Source of the DNA: Sulfolobales archaeon HS-7
Lineage (GTDB): Archaea > Thermoproteota > Thermoprotei_A > Sulfolobales > Sulfolobaceae
Assembly: GCA_019704295.1 (NCBI GenBank)
Contig: AP024596.1
Coordinates: forward strand, 416,001-480,000
Reading direction: 5' to 3'
DNA length: 64,000 nt
Both the position numbers and the translations under genes were made by a program. The first letter of the stretch is position 1. The number at the start of each line of letters is the position of its first letter. This document shows, one piece after another, positions 1 to 9,162 of the stretch. The notes under the pieces were generated by a model. It had not been told where the DNA came from. It ran no database searches and was given only the letters and a program-made list of their open reading frames with translations.

Positions 1-585
1 AAAAGTCTTCGCCTTACTCATTGGCTTTATCCCTATCCCGGTGTCGTCCTCAAGTTCCACTTTCATTTCCTTTCTAAGGAAATCCCTCACTTTCTTAGCT
101 CCTTCGCTATTGTAAGGCCATTCTATTCCCCTATAGAGGTCGTCTGTGTTCTCCCTGAAGATTATCATATCCACTTTCTCCGGTTGCTTTATGGGACTTT
201 CGAGTCCATTAATGTACTTAACAGGTCTTATATTAGCGTAGAGGTCTAGGATCATCCTAATTGTCACGTTTATAGAACGCCATCCGCCTCCCACAGGAGT
301 AGTTAGTGGTCCTTTTAGCACAACCCTGTACTTCTGAAGAAGCTCTTGGGACTCTTTAGGAAAGCGATCCCCCTTTACTTCATATGCCTTGTCTCCAGCT
401 AATATTTCGATCCACTCGATTTTCTTCTTCCCGTTATAAGCTCTCTTTACTGCGCTGTTGGTCACTGAAATCGCTGCGTGTGTAATCTCTGGGCCTATAC
501 CGTCCCCTTCTATATACGCAACTTGAGGATAATCTGGTGTTTTCCACTTGCCGTTTTCGAAAGTAATTAACTCTCCCATAATCAT
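1..585 (-). CDS. icd: NADP-dependent isocitrate dehydrogenase, 5' part (runs off window)
   Basis: Manual minus-strand translation from ATG 585/579: MIMGELITFENGKWKTPDYPQVAYIEGDGIGPEIT...KGPLTTPVGGGWRSINVTIR..., the typical IDH N-terminal motifs. Confidence 0.93.
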   Translation of the reverse strand, partial: MIMGELITFENGKWKTPDYPQVAYIEGDGIGPEITHAAISVTNSAVKRAYNGKKKIEWIEILAGDKAYEVKGDRFPKESQELLQKYRVVLKGPLTTPVGGGWRSINVTIRMILDLYANIRPVKYINGLESPIKQPEKVDMIIFRENTDDLYRGIEWPYNSEGAKKVRDFLRKEMKVELEDDTGIGIKPMSKAKTF

Positions 586-618
586 GTTAAATATCTCTGA
601 ATTAATATTTCCATCGCG

Positions 619-2073
619 ATGAACAGTTTTACCAGAACGTTAAGAATTGTCATAGAACTGCTACCCCGAGCTCTCGCCTATAGAGAAATTCGAAGATCGA
701 TTAAGAATGGTCGTCCTATCCCTGAAAAGGAACAAAGGGAGGAGGCTAAGAAATTCGTTAATTCTCTTATAAGATTGGGACCTTCTTTTATCAAATTCGG
801 ACAAATCCTTTCCGTAAGATCTGACATAATGCCGGAGTCATATCTCCTAGAACTTAGGAGACTTCAGGATGAAGTACCTCCAGCTCCATTCGACCAAATT
901 ATCAAAATAGTTAAGGAAGAGGTGCCCGATCTAGAAATAGAGAGGGAATCCATAGCGGCAGCAAGTTTAGGTGAGGTACATAGGGGGAAATATAGGGGAA
1001 TGAACGTTGTGGCTAAAGTCAACAGGCCTAACATAGAGGAAATACTTAAAACGGACATAGCCATTATCAAGAGGTTGCTGCCGGTTGCTAGATTGATCTT
1101 CGATGCTTCCCTAGTGGAATCGTTAAAGGTCGTGGTGGAACAGTTCACTAAGAAGATCTTCGAGGAGATAGATTACGAAAAGGAGGCATTCTATATGGAG
1201 AAAATCAGGGATGAACTAAGGGATTTTAGGGTAAGAATTCCGAAGCTTATCCTCGCTAAGAAGAAAGTTCTGGTTATGGAATACTTACCTGGACATAAGG
1301 TTACGTCAGACGAGGCCTATAAGATTGTAAACAGAAAAAGCCTCGCGTGGAGAGTTTTCAGGATATTTATAACTCCCGTCCTTACTCAGAGGTACTTTCA
1401 CGCAGATCCCCATCCAGGCAACATAGCGGTTGATAATGAAGGGAACATTATCCTCTACGATTTTGGAATGGTGGACGGGCTTGATAGCGTTACGAGAGTC
1501 CGACTCATTAGACTTTACATAGCAATAAGTCGCGGAGACCCTATAGGAGTCGTTAATGTCTTAGACGAACTTGGTGCAATACAACCCGATGCAGATAGAA
1601 GGGTTCTAGTAAAGGGCTTTGAGCTTCTCATGAAAGAACTTCAGGGGATCAGAGTAGAAGAGATGGAACTAGAGGACTTTCAGAGGATAGCTAATGACGC
1701 ATTCTACAGGTTTCCCCTTAGATTACCATCAAGGCTCGCTATATACTTCAGAATGTCCGCAGTACTTGAGGGGACTTGTACCGAAATAGATCCTGATTTC
1801 GATTTCTTCAGAAGTTTAGTCACAATAGTGCAAGATGAGGGACTGTTAAGGGAGGCCTACTTTGACGAGTTGCGGAATACGTATAATAAGGTCATCAATG
1901 CCATAAGATTGTCAATGTTAGAGAAGCCCACACAGAGAAAAAGGAGAGATTCTTACTGGATCGGTGTCCTAGCTATAGGTGTTTCCATAGCTATTTACCT
2001 AATTACTAAAAACGAAGTGTTACCGCTTCTGGTGGCGATCCTAGGTTTGGGGATTTCACTTTCAGCGCGTTAA
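619..2073 (+). CDS. ABC1/UbiB/AarF family atypical kinase
   Basis: LGPSFIKFGQ (KxGQ), AAASLGEVH, FHADPHPGN, YDFGM; two C-terminal TM segments. Confidence 0.92.
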   Translation: MNSFTRTLRIVIELLPRALAYREIRRSIKNGRPIPEKEQREEAKKFVNSLIRLGPSFIKFGQILSVRSDIMPESYLLELRRLQDEVPPAPFDQIIKIVKEEVPDLEIERESIAAASLGEVHRGKYRGMNVVAKVNRPNIEEILKTDIAIIKRLLPVARLIFDASLVESLKVVVEQFTKKIFEEIDYEKEAFYMEKIRDELRDFRVRIPKLILAKKKVLVMEYLPGHKVTSDEAYKIVNRKSLAWRVFRIFITPVLTQRYFHADPHPGNIAVDNEGNIILYDFGMVDGLDSVTRVRLIRLYIAISRGDPIGVVNVLDELGAIQPDADRRVLVKGFELLMKELQGIRVEEMELEDFQRIANDAFYRFPLRLPSRLAIYFRMSAVLEGTCTEIDPDFDFFRSLVTIVQDEGLLREAYFDELRNTYNKVINAIRLSMLEKPTQRKRRDSYWIGVLAIGVSIAIYLITKNEVLPLLVAILGLGISLSAR

Positions 2074-3320
2074 TTCTGGAGGAATATGCTTCTACCGCTG
2101 ATCACTATGTACCTCTCATTGCGGGGTATTAACTCGTCTCTGTTCGGAAAACATCCCCTTATTATAGACATCCGCCTTGCAGACCCATAGTCCCTAGTGA
2201 AGGGAATTATAAGGGCTGACGGTCGAAGTGAGGCCAACTGTTTAATCTCGTCTTCACTCGCATTCCTTACGACTATTGCCCTTGCCCCCATTGAGTCCGC
2301 CATAGACGCTACGGAAACCCAGAACGGATCTTTTCCCTCACTTTTACTTCTTAATATTTCCCCCTTCGATTCACTACCTATAATAAGTTTGTTCAGGAAC
2401 TGAAGCGCTTCAAGGGGATATTTCCCTATTGCTGTTTCCTCGCTTAGGATTATCCCATCGACTCCTTCGGCGACCGATGTGGATACGTCTATGACCTCTG
2501 CCCTAGTAGGACTGGGATTAGTCACCATCGACTCAAGGACCTGAGTAGCTAAAAGAACAGGCTTATTCATCGATTGTGATAGCTCTATTATTTTTCTCTG
2601 CCACTCAGGCAGATTCTCAAGGCCTATATCAACCCCAAGATCCCCTCGAGCTACCATGATTACGTCACTTTCTTGAATTATTTCAGTTATGTTATTTAAT
2701 GATTCCCTTCTCTCAACCTTAGCTATTACTCCAACGCTCCCAGCAGTGATTCCCTTAACTTTCCTTATCTCGTCAGCATTACTGACAAAGGATACGCTTA
2801 CGAAATCTGGCTTAAGTGCCATAACCTTGGGGAGAATCTGCAGGTCCCTATGAGTCAGCCCAGAAGTTCTCTTCCTCGAAAGCGACATCCCCTTTCCCTG
2901 CACAACAATCCCCCCGTTTTCGAATTCTATGAAGAGCTTCTCCCCTTTCTTCATTATTCTTCCTACAGCATCACTATCCCCGAAAACTACCGCGTCTCCA
3001 TCCTCAGCCAATTTCTCGATATTCCAAGACAATTCAATATCCTTTCCGAGTTCGATTATCTCCCCCTTTTTTACATACCTAATTCCTCCTGCAACGGTCT
3101 CTACCCTTATCTTCGAACCTGGTAGATCAACTATAACTGGATAAAGCTCCCTCGCTTTTTCTATGTAACCCATCTGCTGTTCAATCGTTCCATGGGCTAG
3201 GTTAACTCTCATTCCGTCAATTAAATTTCGAATGTCCTTAAGTCTGCCCTCTATTGATGGACCCATAGTTGCTATTACTTTAGTTTTCCGCAAATGATGT
3301 TGGGCATCTCCATATGTCAT
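2070..3320 (-). CDS. pyk: pyruvate kinase
   Basis: KTKVIATMGP, DLPGSKIR, IAKVE, MVARGDLG, ATQVLESM, PTRAE, LSEETA. Confidence 0.95.
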   Translation of the reverse strand: MTYGDAQHHLRKTKVIATMGPSIEGRLKDIRNLIDGMRVNLAHGTIEQQMGYIEKARELYPVIVDLPGSKIRVETVAGGIRYVKKGEIIELGKDIELSWNIEKLAEDGDAVVFGDSDAVGRIMKKGEKLFIEFENGGIVVQGKGMSLSRKRTSGLTHRDLQILPKVMALKPDFVSVSFVSNADEIRKVKGITAGSVGVIAKVERRESLNNITEIIQESDVIMVARGDLGVDIGLENLPEWQRKIIELSQSMNKPVLLATQVLESMVTNPSPTRAEVIDVSTSVAEGVDGIILSEETAIGKYPLEALQFLNKLIIGSESKGEILRSKSEGKDPFWVSVASMADSMGARAIVVRNASEDEIKQLASLRPSALIIPFTRDYGSARRMSIIRGCFPNRDELIPRNERYIVISGRSIFLQN

Positions 3321-3389
3321 TACCTTGATGTTAAAGTTACGGCTTTTACGCAGGAATATATATTGTTAAAATAGTAATTTACTCAGTTT

Positions 3390-3409
3390 ATGCGATATAT
3401 ATATCGCAT
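3390..3409. promoter_or_regulatory. perfect 20-bp palindrome in the divergent pyk / CoA-transferase intergenic region (candidate operator)
   Basis: ATGCGATATATATATCGCAT is its own reverse complement. Confidence 0.5.
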
Positions 3410-3472
3410 TTCAGGAAAGAGATGAGAGAAACTTGCAAATTTAGTTATTAACCAGAGAGGTAACTTATAGAT

Positions 3473-4237
3473 ATGAGAAGTAAGGCAATGTCAGTTAACG
3501 ATGCCTTGTCTATACTAAATTCTGGAGACGAAATAACCATTAGCGGCATTTCAATTCACAGAAACCCAATTTCCTTCTTACGATACTTAACCAGCTCCGG
3601 AATTAGGGGATTATCCTTTGTAGATCGAGAGCCTGGCCTCGGATTGGAATTATTGCTTAGGTCGGAAATAGTTAAAAGGATTAGAGTAGCTATGTCAACG
3701 CTTGAGTGGTTCGAAAGTATTCCTCCTTATTTTAGAAGGAAAGTAGAGGCAGGAGAAGTTGAAATACTTGAAGATACTTGTGGCGCCTTCATGGCGGGAA
3801 TAAGGGCAGGGGCATTCGGTATCCCGTTCGTCCCAGTTAGGGGTGTTCTAGGTTCAGATCTCGTAGAAATTCACGAAAAGAAAGGAACGTGGAAGGTAAT
3901 AGAAGATCCCTTTTCAGGTGAGAAAATCTTAGCGGTAAGGGCAATAAATCCCGACGTTGCGATAATTCACGTTCACAAAGCTGACGAGTATGGAAACGCT
4001 GAAATCCTTGGACCCCTTTATGAAGACGAATTTAAGGCTAAAGCCGCGAAGAAGGTAATAATCACTACAGAGGAAATTGTTGACCGGGAATACTTCAAGG
4101 GGAGAAGACCTAACATAACTACCTTGCACGTAAGCGCAGTAGTCGAGATGAATAGAGGAGCCGAACCTACAAGCATGTTCGGTCTTTACGACGCAGATTA
4201 CGACGCCATAATGAAGTTCCTAGAAGGCGTATCTTAA
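3473..4237 (+). CDS. family I CoA-transferase subunit alpha (glutaconate CoA-transferase A-like)
   Basis: IRAGAFGIPFVPVRGVLGSD, PDVAIIHVHKADEYGNA, VIITTEEIV. Confidence 0.88.
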   Translation: MRSKAMSVNDALSILNSGDEITISGISIHRNPISFLRYLTSSGIRGLSFVDREPGLGLELLLRSEIVKRIRVAMSTLEWFESIPPYFRRKVEAGEVEILEDTCGAFMAGIRAGAFGIPFVPVRGVLGSDLVEIHEKKGTWKVIEDPFSGEKILAVRAINPDVAIIHVHKADEYGNAEILGPLYEDEFKAKAAKKVIITTEEIVDREYFKGRRPNITTLHVSAVVEMNRGAEPTSMFGLYDADYDAIMKFLEGVS

Positions 4238-4867
4238 CCCCTGAGGATCAATAGAGTCTAGAAAATTCGTAACAGCGGGTGAAGGAGAGGAAATGGAGGA
4301 GATTTGCCTCCATCCGGGTCTCTCGAAACAGAGAACTCTTGATTCCGTGTAAACTCTTACCTCATTATTGGAATTCCTAACAGTACCAGTTATAAAGTCC
4401 ACTCTCTGTACTAATGTCTTTTGCTCATTCGTAGTCCAGAGGAAAAGTCTCTTTATCAGAGGTGAGATAAAAGCTGTGGCAGCCCCTCCTGGGAGCTTCA
4501 CCTTAGGCTTTGCGTAATTACCTATGACTGTCAAGTTAAGGTTTCCATCATTATCAATCTGAGCTGGTCTCAGGAACATTACGTCAACTTTCCCCTTTTG
4601 AACTAGATCAAAGGCCTCAATTGTAGGTAAAATAGGTGAACTTTCAGTAAGACGTGGGTCACCACTCGACGGGGTAACTTCAATTAAGGGATTCAAAGCC
4701 TCAGCTACCCCTACTATCACGATATCCTTTTTTAGGAAATCTCTTGCCATCGCAGCAGCTAGAAGTGGTATGATCGAGTTAAGTCCGACGTAAACCACCT
4801 CCCCCTCTCTTATGTCCTCAGCCATGGAGAAAATTATACCGTCTATGAAAGAGTTGTTCACAGTCAT
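4220..4867 (-). CDS. family I CoA-transferase subunit beta (GctB-like)
   Basis: VDVMFLRPAQIDNDGNLNLTVIG.Y..PKVKLPGGAA, VQRVDFITG. Confidence 0.85.
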   Translation of the reverse strand: MTVNNSFIDGIIFSMAEDIREGEVVYVGLNSIIPLLAAAMARDFLKKDIVIVGVAEALNPLIEVTPSSGDPRLTESSPILPTIEAFDLVQKGKVDVMFLRPAQIDNDGNLNLTVIGNYAKPKVKLPGGAATAFISPLIKRLFLWTTNEQKTLVQRVDFITGTVRNSNNEVRVYTESRVLCFERPGWRQISSISSPSPAVTNFLDSIDPQGLRYAF

Positions 4868-4940
4868 TTCGATCCCTCTATATTCTTAAGTCTTCCTCTA
4901 ATACGTCTTCTTTTTTATCGTGTTCTTACATGTTATAATC

Positions 4941-5474
4941 ATGTCGCATAAAGAGCATAGGGAAAACGCTCCGCGAAAATTAAACTACTTCGTTATAACG
5001 ATATCCTCATCGCGATATGAGAAAGTAGTAAAAAAGGAACCTGTAATAGATGAATCCGGTGACATAATAAAGCAGATGGTTATTGAAAGTGGAAACGCTG
5101 TAGTGGGATACGAAATAGTTCCTGATAATAAGTGGAAAATCCTAAAGGCGGTAGTCGATCCCGTTGAAAGAGATGACGTAGACGTCATCATAACATCTGG
5201 AGGTACAGGATATACTCCCGACGACGTAACAGTAGATACTATACTCAGGATAGTGGATAAGGAAGTGGTTGGCTTTGGTGATATATTCCGCCACCTAAGC
5301 TTCTCTGATCCTGACGTTAAGTCAGCTGCGTATCTAACCCGCACGTCGGCTGGGGTAATAGGAAATAAAGCAATATTTATGTTACCAGGATCCCCAGATG
5401 CTGTAAAGTTAGCTATGAGAGAGTTAATTATCCCTGAAGCTCCTCATTTGGTATACCTAATAAGAAGGAGGTAA
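4941..5474 (+). CDS. moaB: molybdenum cofactor biosynthesis protein MoaB/Mog
   Basis: DESG, IITSGGTG...DVT, LPGSPDAV; ATG 4941 preferred over the ORF-track GTG 4920. Confidence 0.9.
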   Translation: MSHKEHRENAPRKLNYFVITISSSRYEKVVKKEPVIDESGDIIKQMVIESGNAVVGYEIVPDNKWKILKAVVDPVERDDVDVIITSGGTGYTPDDVTVDTILRIVDKEVVGFGDIFRHLSFSDPDVKSAAYLTRTSAGVIGNKAIFMLPGSPDAVKLAMRELIIPEAPHLVYLIRRR

Positions 5475-5479
5475 CTAGT

Positions 5480-6199
5480 TTGAAATTAAGGGTGTTCCTT
5501 CCTGTAAGAGGAGCTTTCGTAATAGGATATGTAGTGCTCGGAGCGATTTTTACATTTATCTCAATACCCTATTTCGTGCTTATCCTGCAAAGAGTGGGGT
5601 TTACCTTATTAGAAAGTTATGCTATTTCAATAAGTGCGGCCCTCCTAAGTTTAGCCTTTAGTCCGCTAAATCTAGTAGTGAAGGAAATAAACAAACCAGT
5701 GCAAACGTACACCGTAGATCAAGTAGAATATTTTGGAATACCGTTTTACATTCCGAGGTTAACTTTTACGACCCAGAACACAGAAGTTGCGCTTAATCTG
5801 GGGGGAGCGATACTTCCCACATTGATTTCTGTTATACTTATGATAAAGCTAACTCCAGTTCAACTCTTTCTCTTACTAATAGACGTTATGGTGGTTTCCC
5901 TAATCATTTCAAAGATAGCAAAGGTTCATCCTGGAGTAGGGATAGTAACACCTGCGTTCATACCCCCCATAATAGCATTTGGTTTAAGTGCTCTGCTGTT
6001 CCTGAGGTACGAGTATGTAATCCCCGTTGCCTCATACATAGCGGGCGTTCTTGGTTCTTTAATAGGTGCGGATCTTCTCAATATGGGCAAAGTTATCAGG
6101 TACTCTCCTCCATTCGTAAGTATAGGGGGGATGGGAACCTTTGACGGAATATACGTAACTGGAATATTGGCAGTGTTCCTTGCAGTGTTAATCCTTTAA
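5480..6199 (+). CDS. DUF1614-like membrane protein
   Basis: ALNLGGAILP, LIGADLLN, SIGGMGTFDGI; multiple TM helices. Confidence 0.8.
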   Translation: MKLRVFLPVRGAFVIGYVVLGAIFTFISIPYFVLILQRVGFTLLESYAISISAALLSLAFSPLNLVVKEINKPVQTYTVDQVEYFGIPFYIPRLTFTTQNTEVALNLGGAILPTLISVILMIKLTPVQLFLLLIDVMVVSLIISKIAKVHPGVGIVTPAFIPPIIAFGLSALLFLRYEYVIPVASYIAGVLGSLIGADLLNMGKVIRYSPPFVSIGGMGTFDGIYVTGILAVFLAVLIL

Positions 6200-6255
6200 T
6201 TTTGTTTAAGGAATTACAATAAGGTTTAAAATATGTAAGGTGCAATATTCCAAAT

Positions 6256-6873
6256 GTGAATTTTCAAAGAAGGTTGTTCATATTAGTAATAATAGTAGCA
6301 TTAGCGATAGGAGTAGGCTACGCTCTTATTTACGCAAGCATTGAAATGAACTCTAATGAAGGAGAAACAGTTACTTCTGGAGGTACGGCATATGTTGAGG
6401 TCTATGTTAACTCCACGGTGACCTCAACTAGCGTTCCAATACTTCTGAAAGCAGCATTAGTGAATCCGTCGAGACATTTCTTGAAAGTGAGATTAAACGA
6501 CAGTAATTTACTGGGACGGGCTCCTTGTAACAATTACATACCCATAGGAATTGTCATGTATAGGGGTATTGTAGCGCTTAGTAACGTATCAAACGCGACG
6601 ATGTTACCCTTATATCCACCTATAGTTTTCTGTCCCTTTGAGTTTCCAGTTTTAAACGAAACTTTACTTCCGCATAGCTGTTTACTCAACGTAACCTATA
6701 AGGGGTTAAATGGGATTGCTTATAAGGTTATAAACGCTTCATTAAATGTTGTTATAAAGGGTTACTATACTATACCAGGTGATAAGTTAAACCCCTTGTC
6801 CCCAGGGTTCTACACCATAGAAGTTTCTACACCGTTGACCTCTCCTGTCTTCGTTTATATTCACGTCGAATAG
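6256..6873 (+). CDS. N-terminally membrane-anchored hypothetical surface protein
   Basis: 205-aa ORF, basic N-terminus plus hydrophobic helix, several NxS/T sequons, TATA-like TTTAAA upstream. Confidence 0.7.
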   Translation: MNFQRRLFILVIIVALAIGVGYALIYASIEMNSNEGETVTSGGTAYVEVYVNSTVTSTSVPILLKAALVNPSRHFLKVRLNDSNLLGRAPCNNYIPIGIVMYRGIVALSNVSNATMLPLYPPIVFCPFEFPVLNETLLPHSCLLNVTYKGLNGIAYKVINASLNVVIKGYYTIPGDKLNPLSPGFYTIEVSTPLTSPVFVYIHVE

Positions 6874-7029
6874 TAGTAAGCTTCCCCAATTTGGAAGTTT
6901 TAGAACTGATACTAGCAATTCCATGAAGTTCTCGTTCATTAAGGAAAAAGTCAAATCGTAAAGGGTAAGGTAAATACTTACTGGAAACGATAGCGAAGTT
7001 GCAATCCTAAAACTCTAAAAGCCATTCTA

Positions 7030-8979
7030 TTGAAAATGCTTATGAATTTCGTTTTTGCTGACGATATATCTGGTGACTACGAATACGTTTTTTTTAAAAG
7101 AGCGGAATATCCTCATGCGTACTTTCACATATTTGGTAATGCCTACACTTCAGACGACGTATTTTTTGAGGTACCGATGCTTTTCGATATCTCTCATTTG
7201 AAGCTTCCAAAGATCTATCCATTGCCAATTAAGAAGGCGTCGTACCTCGGACAGCCGATCGCCATAGTTACTTCACACGACAGGTATTCAGCCTCAGATA
7301 AAGTAGAACAGGTTGATGTGCAATACGAAGTAGTGAATGAACCCATTTATGACTCTATACCTGATAATATATTAACAATGGAAAAAAGGGGGGAGTTCTC
7401 ACCTCCTTATAGAGATCAATTCCGCTTCACATTCAATAGATCCTCTCCTTATCCGCTCGAATCTAGGGTTGTCGCAGTTAGACATTACGGGGATGAACTT
7501 CACATAACCGCGACTACGCAAGCACCTACGGTTTTGTCTTATTTAATATCGAGGATGCTTGAAATACCTTTATCCAAAGTTCAGGTGAGGAGTTTCAGAT
7601 TGGGAGGAGGTTTCGGTGGAAAACAGGAGGTTAGTTACGAGGAGTTAAGCGTAATAGCTCTTTCATATGCAAAGAACAGGAACTTTAAATGGGTCGAGAC
7701 GAAACAGGAGACTTTACTGACAATGCAGGCAAGGGGACAAAGGCATCACATTTACGTAGATTACGAAAACACTGGAAAGATTACGGCGATTTACGATGAG
7801 ATAGAGTACGATCTCGGGGCCCTCCCCCTTCCTTGGATAGCTTATTCGCCCCTTCATGTAACTGAGGCAAACCTGAAAGGTCCTTATCTTTATGATGTAT
7901 CCTATTCAGCCAAGGTAATACTGACTAATAGGCCTCCCCTTGGCGCTTTCAGGGGATTTGGAAGACCTGAGGCAGTTTTCGTGATAGAGAGGACTGTCGA
8001 TGAGATCGCCAGGAGGTTGAAAATAGATCCCTTCGAAATCAGGAAATTGAATCTAAATAAAGAACTTAGGGCAGGAAACGTTCAGGAAATTTTGAAGAGA
8101 GCAGAAGGCAAATACTCAGAGCTAAAAAGAGGTAATAAGACAGTCGGTTTAAGTTTCTACATTCATTCATCAGGCGAAAATTCCAAGACGTTAATAGAGG
8201 GAGATAAGGTTGATGTAGGTGGTTATGAATGTGTCTCAGTCAATCTGGAGAGAGACGGGTGGATTACCGTCAGAACTTCCATAACTGATCACGGACAGTT
8301 TAATATTGACAATATAAAAAAGGTAGTTTCAACTACTCTAAGTTACAATAAGGTTAGAGTAATCTCTGGGGATCAGTCAGTCACAGGTTTTGGCACATGG
8401 GCAAGCAGAAGCGCCATTACAGCCGGAAATGCAGCTTACTTGGCTGCTAAGGACTTCACAGAAATAGCCAGGTCAATACTGGATAGTGAAAAGATAGATT
8501 GGGAAAAGTTAATTGACATTTACCGCAATTCTCCATGGCTACTAAATGGAAAGTACCTGCACAGCTACCGATGCTACGAAGCGGATGAGGAGGCAAGGGC
8601 TTTTTCTATACAGATGGCTGTCGCTAAAATTGATGAAGAAATACCTGAAATAAAGTACGTATACCTAATCTCTGACGTGGGCAACGTTATTGACGAAGAC
8701 GTAGTTAAGGGCCAATTAATTGGTGGTATAGTTCAGGGGTTAAGCGGTCTGCTTTTAGAAGACGTTGAACAAGGGCCTGAATACTCTATTCTCACCGCTA
8801 GCGATGCACCTGAAGTCGAGATTGAACTTATTCATACACCTGCAGATAACCCCTTAGGCGTAAAGGGAGTCGGAGAAAACTCTATAACCGGAATATACGC
8901 GTCTGCAGGAAATGCGCTCTCCTCGATCTACAACGCAGATAACGTACCCCTAATACCGTGGAAAAATAGTAAGATGTAA
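7030..8979 (+). CDS. xanthine dehydrogenase/CutA-family molybdopterin-binding large subunit
   Basis: GGGFGGK, GAFRGFGRPE, GTWASRS, GQLIGGIVQG, GVKGVGE. Confidence 0.9.
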   Translation: MKMLMNFVFADDISGDYEYVFFKRAEYPHAYFHIFGNAYTSDDVFFEVPMLFDISHLKLPKIYPLPIKKASYLGQPIAIVTSHDRYSASDKVEQVDVQYEVVNEPIYDSIPDNILTMEKRGEFSPPYRDQFRFTFNRSSPYPLESRVVAVRHYGDELHITATTQAPTVLSYLISRMLEIPLSKVQVRSFRLGGGFGGKQEVSYEELSVIALSYAKNRNFKWVETKQETLLTMQARGQRHHIYVDYENTGKITAIYDEIEYDLGALPLPWIAYSPLHVTEANLKGPYLYDVSYSAKVILTNRPPLGAFRGFGRPEAVFVIERTVDEIARRLKIDPFEIRKLNLNKELRAGNVQEILKRAEGKYSELKRGNKTVGLSFYIHSSGENSKTLIEGDKVDVGGYECVSVNLERDGWITVRTSITDHGQFNIDNIKKVVSTTLSYNKVRVISGDQSVTGFGTWASRSAITAGNAAYLAAKDFTEIARSILDSEKIDWEKLIDIYRNSPWLLNGKYLHSYRCYEADEEARAFSIQMAVAKIDEEIPEIKYVYLISDVGNVIDEDVVKGQLIGGIVQGLSGLLLEDVEQGPEYSILTASDAPEVEIELIHTPADNPLGVKGVGENSITGIYASAGNALSSIYNADNVPLIPWKNSKM

Positions 8980-9110
8980 ATTAACGTTATGTCGAGTCTT
9001 TTCTCAGGTTTGATATGTGCAAAACCGACAGCCATTAGGACTCCGCCTGCTATAATTACAATCGCCGACGCTATTATCATAAACCACTCCAAGGGAGTTA
9101 GCTTGGCCAT
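8928..9110 (-). CDS. small membrane protein (60 aa)
   Basis: ATG start, clear TM helix FMIIASAIVIIAGGVLMAVGF, TATA-like TTATTTAA about 25-30 bp upstream; overlaps the cutA 3' end convergently. Confidence 0.55.
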   Translation of the reverse strand: MAKLTPLEWFMIIASAIVIIAGGVLMAVGFAHIKPEKRLDITLIYILLFFHGIRGTLSAL

Positions 9111-9162
9111 AACACATGTTTGTCAGGTGAAGTTAAATAAGTTCTCCCTAAGTTGCTAAATA

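Noticed and set aside
7030-8979. Aerobic CO dehydrogenase (coxL) call
   Set aside because: Lacks the form I AYxCSFR loop and has no coxMS or accessory genes
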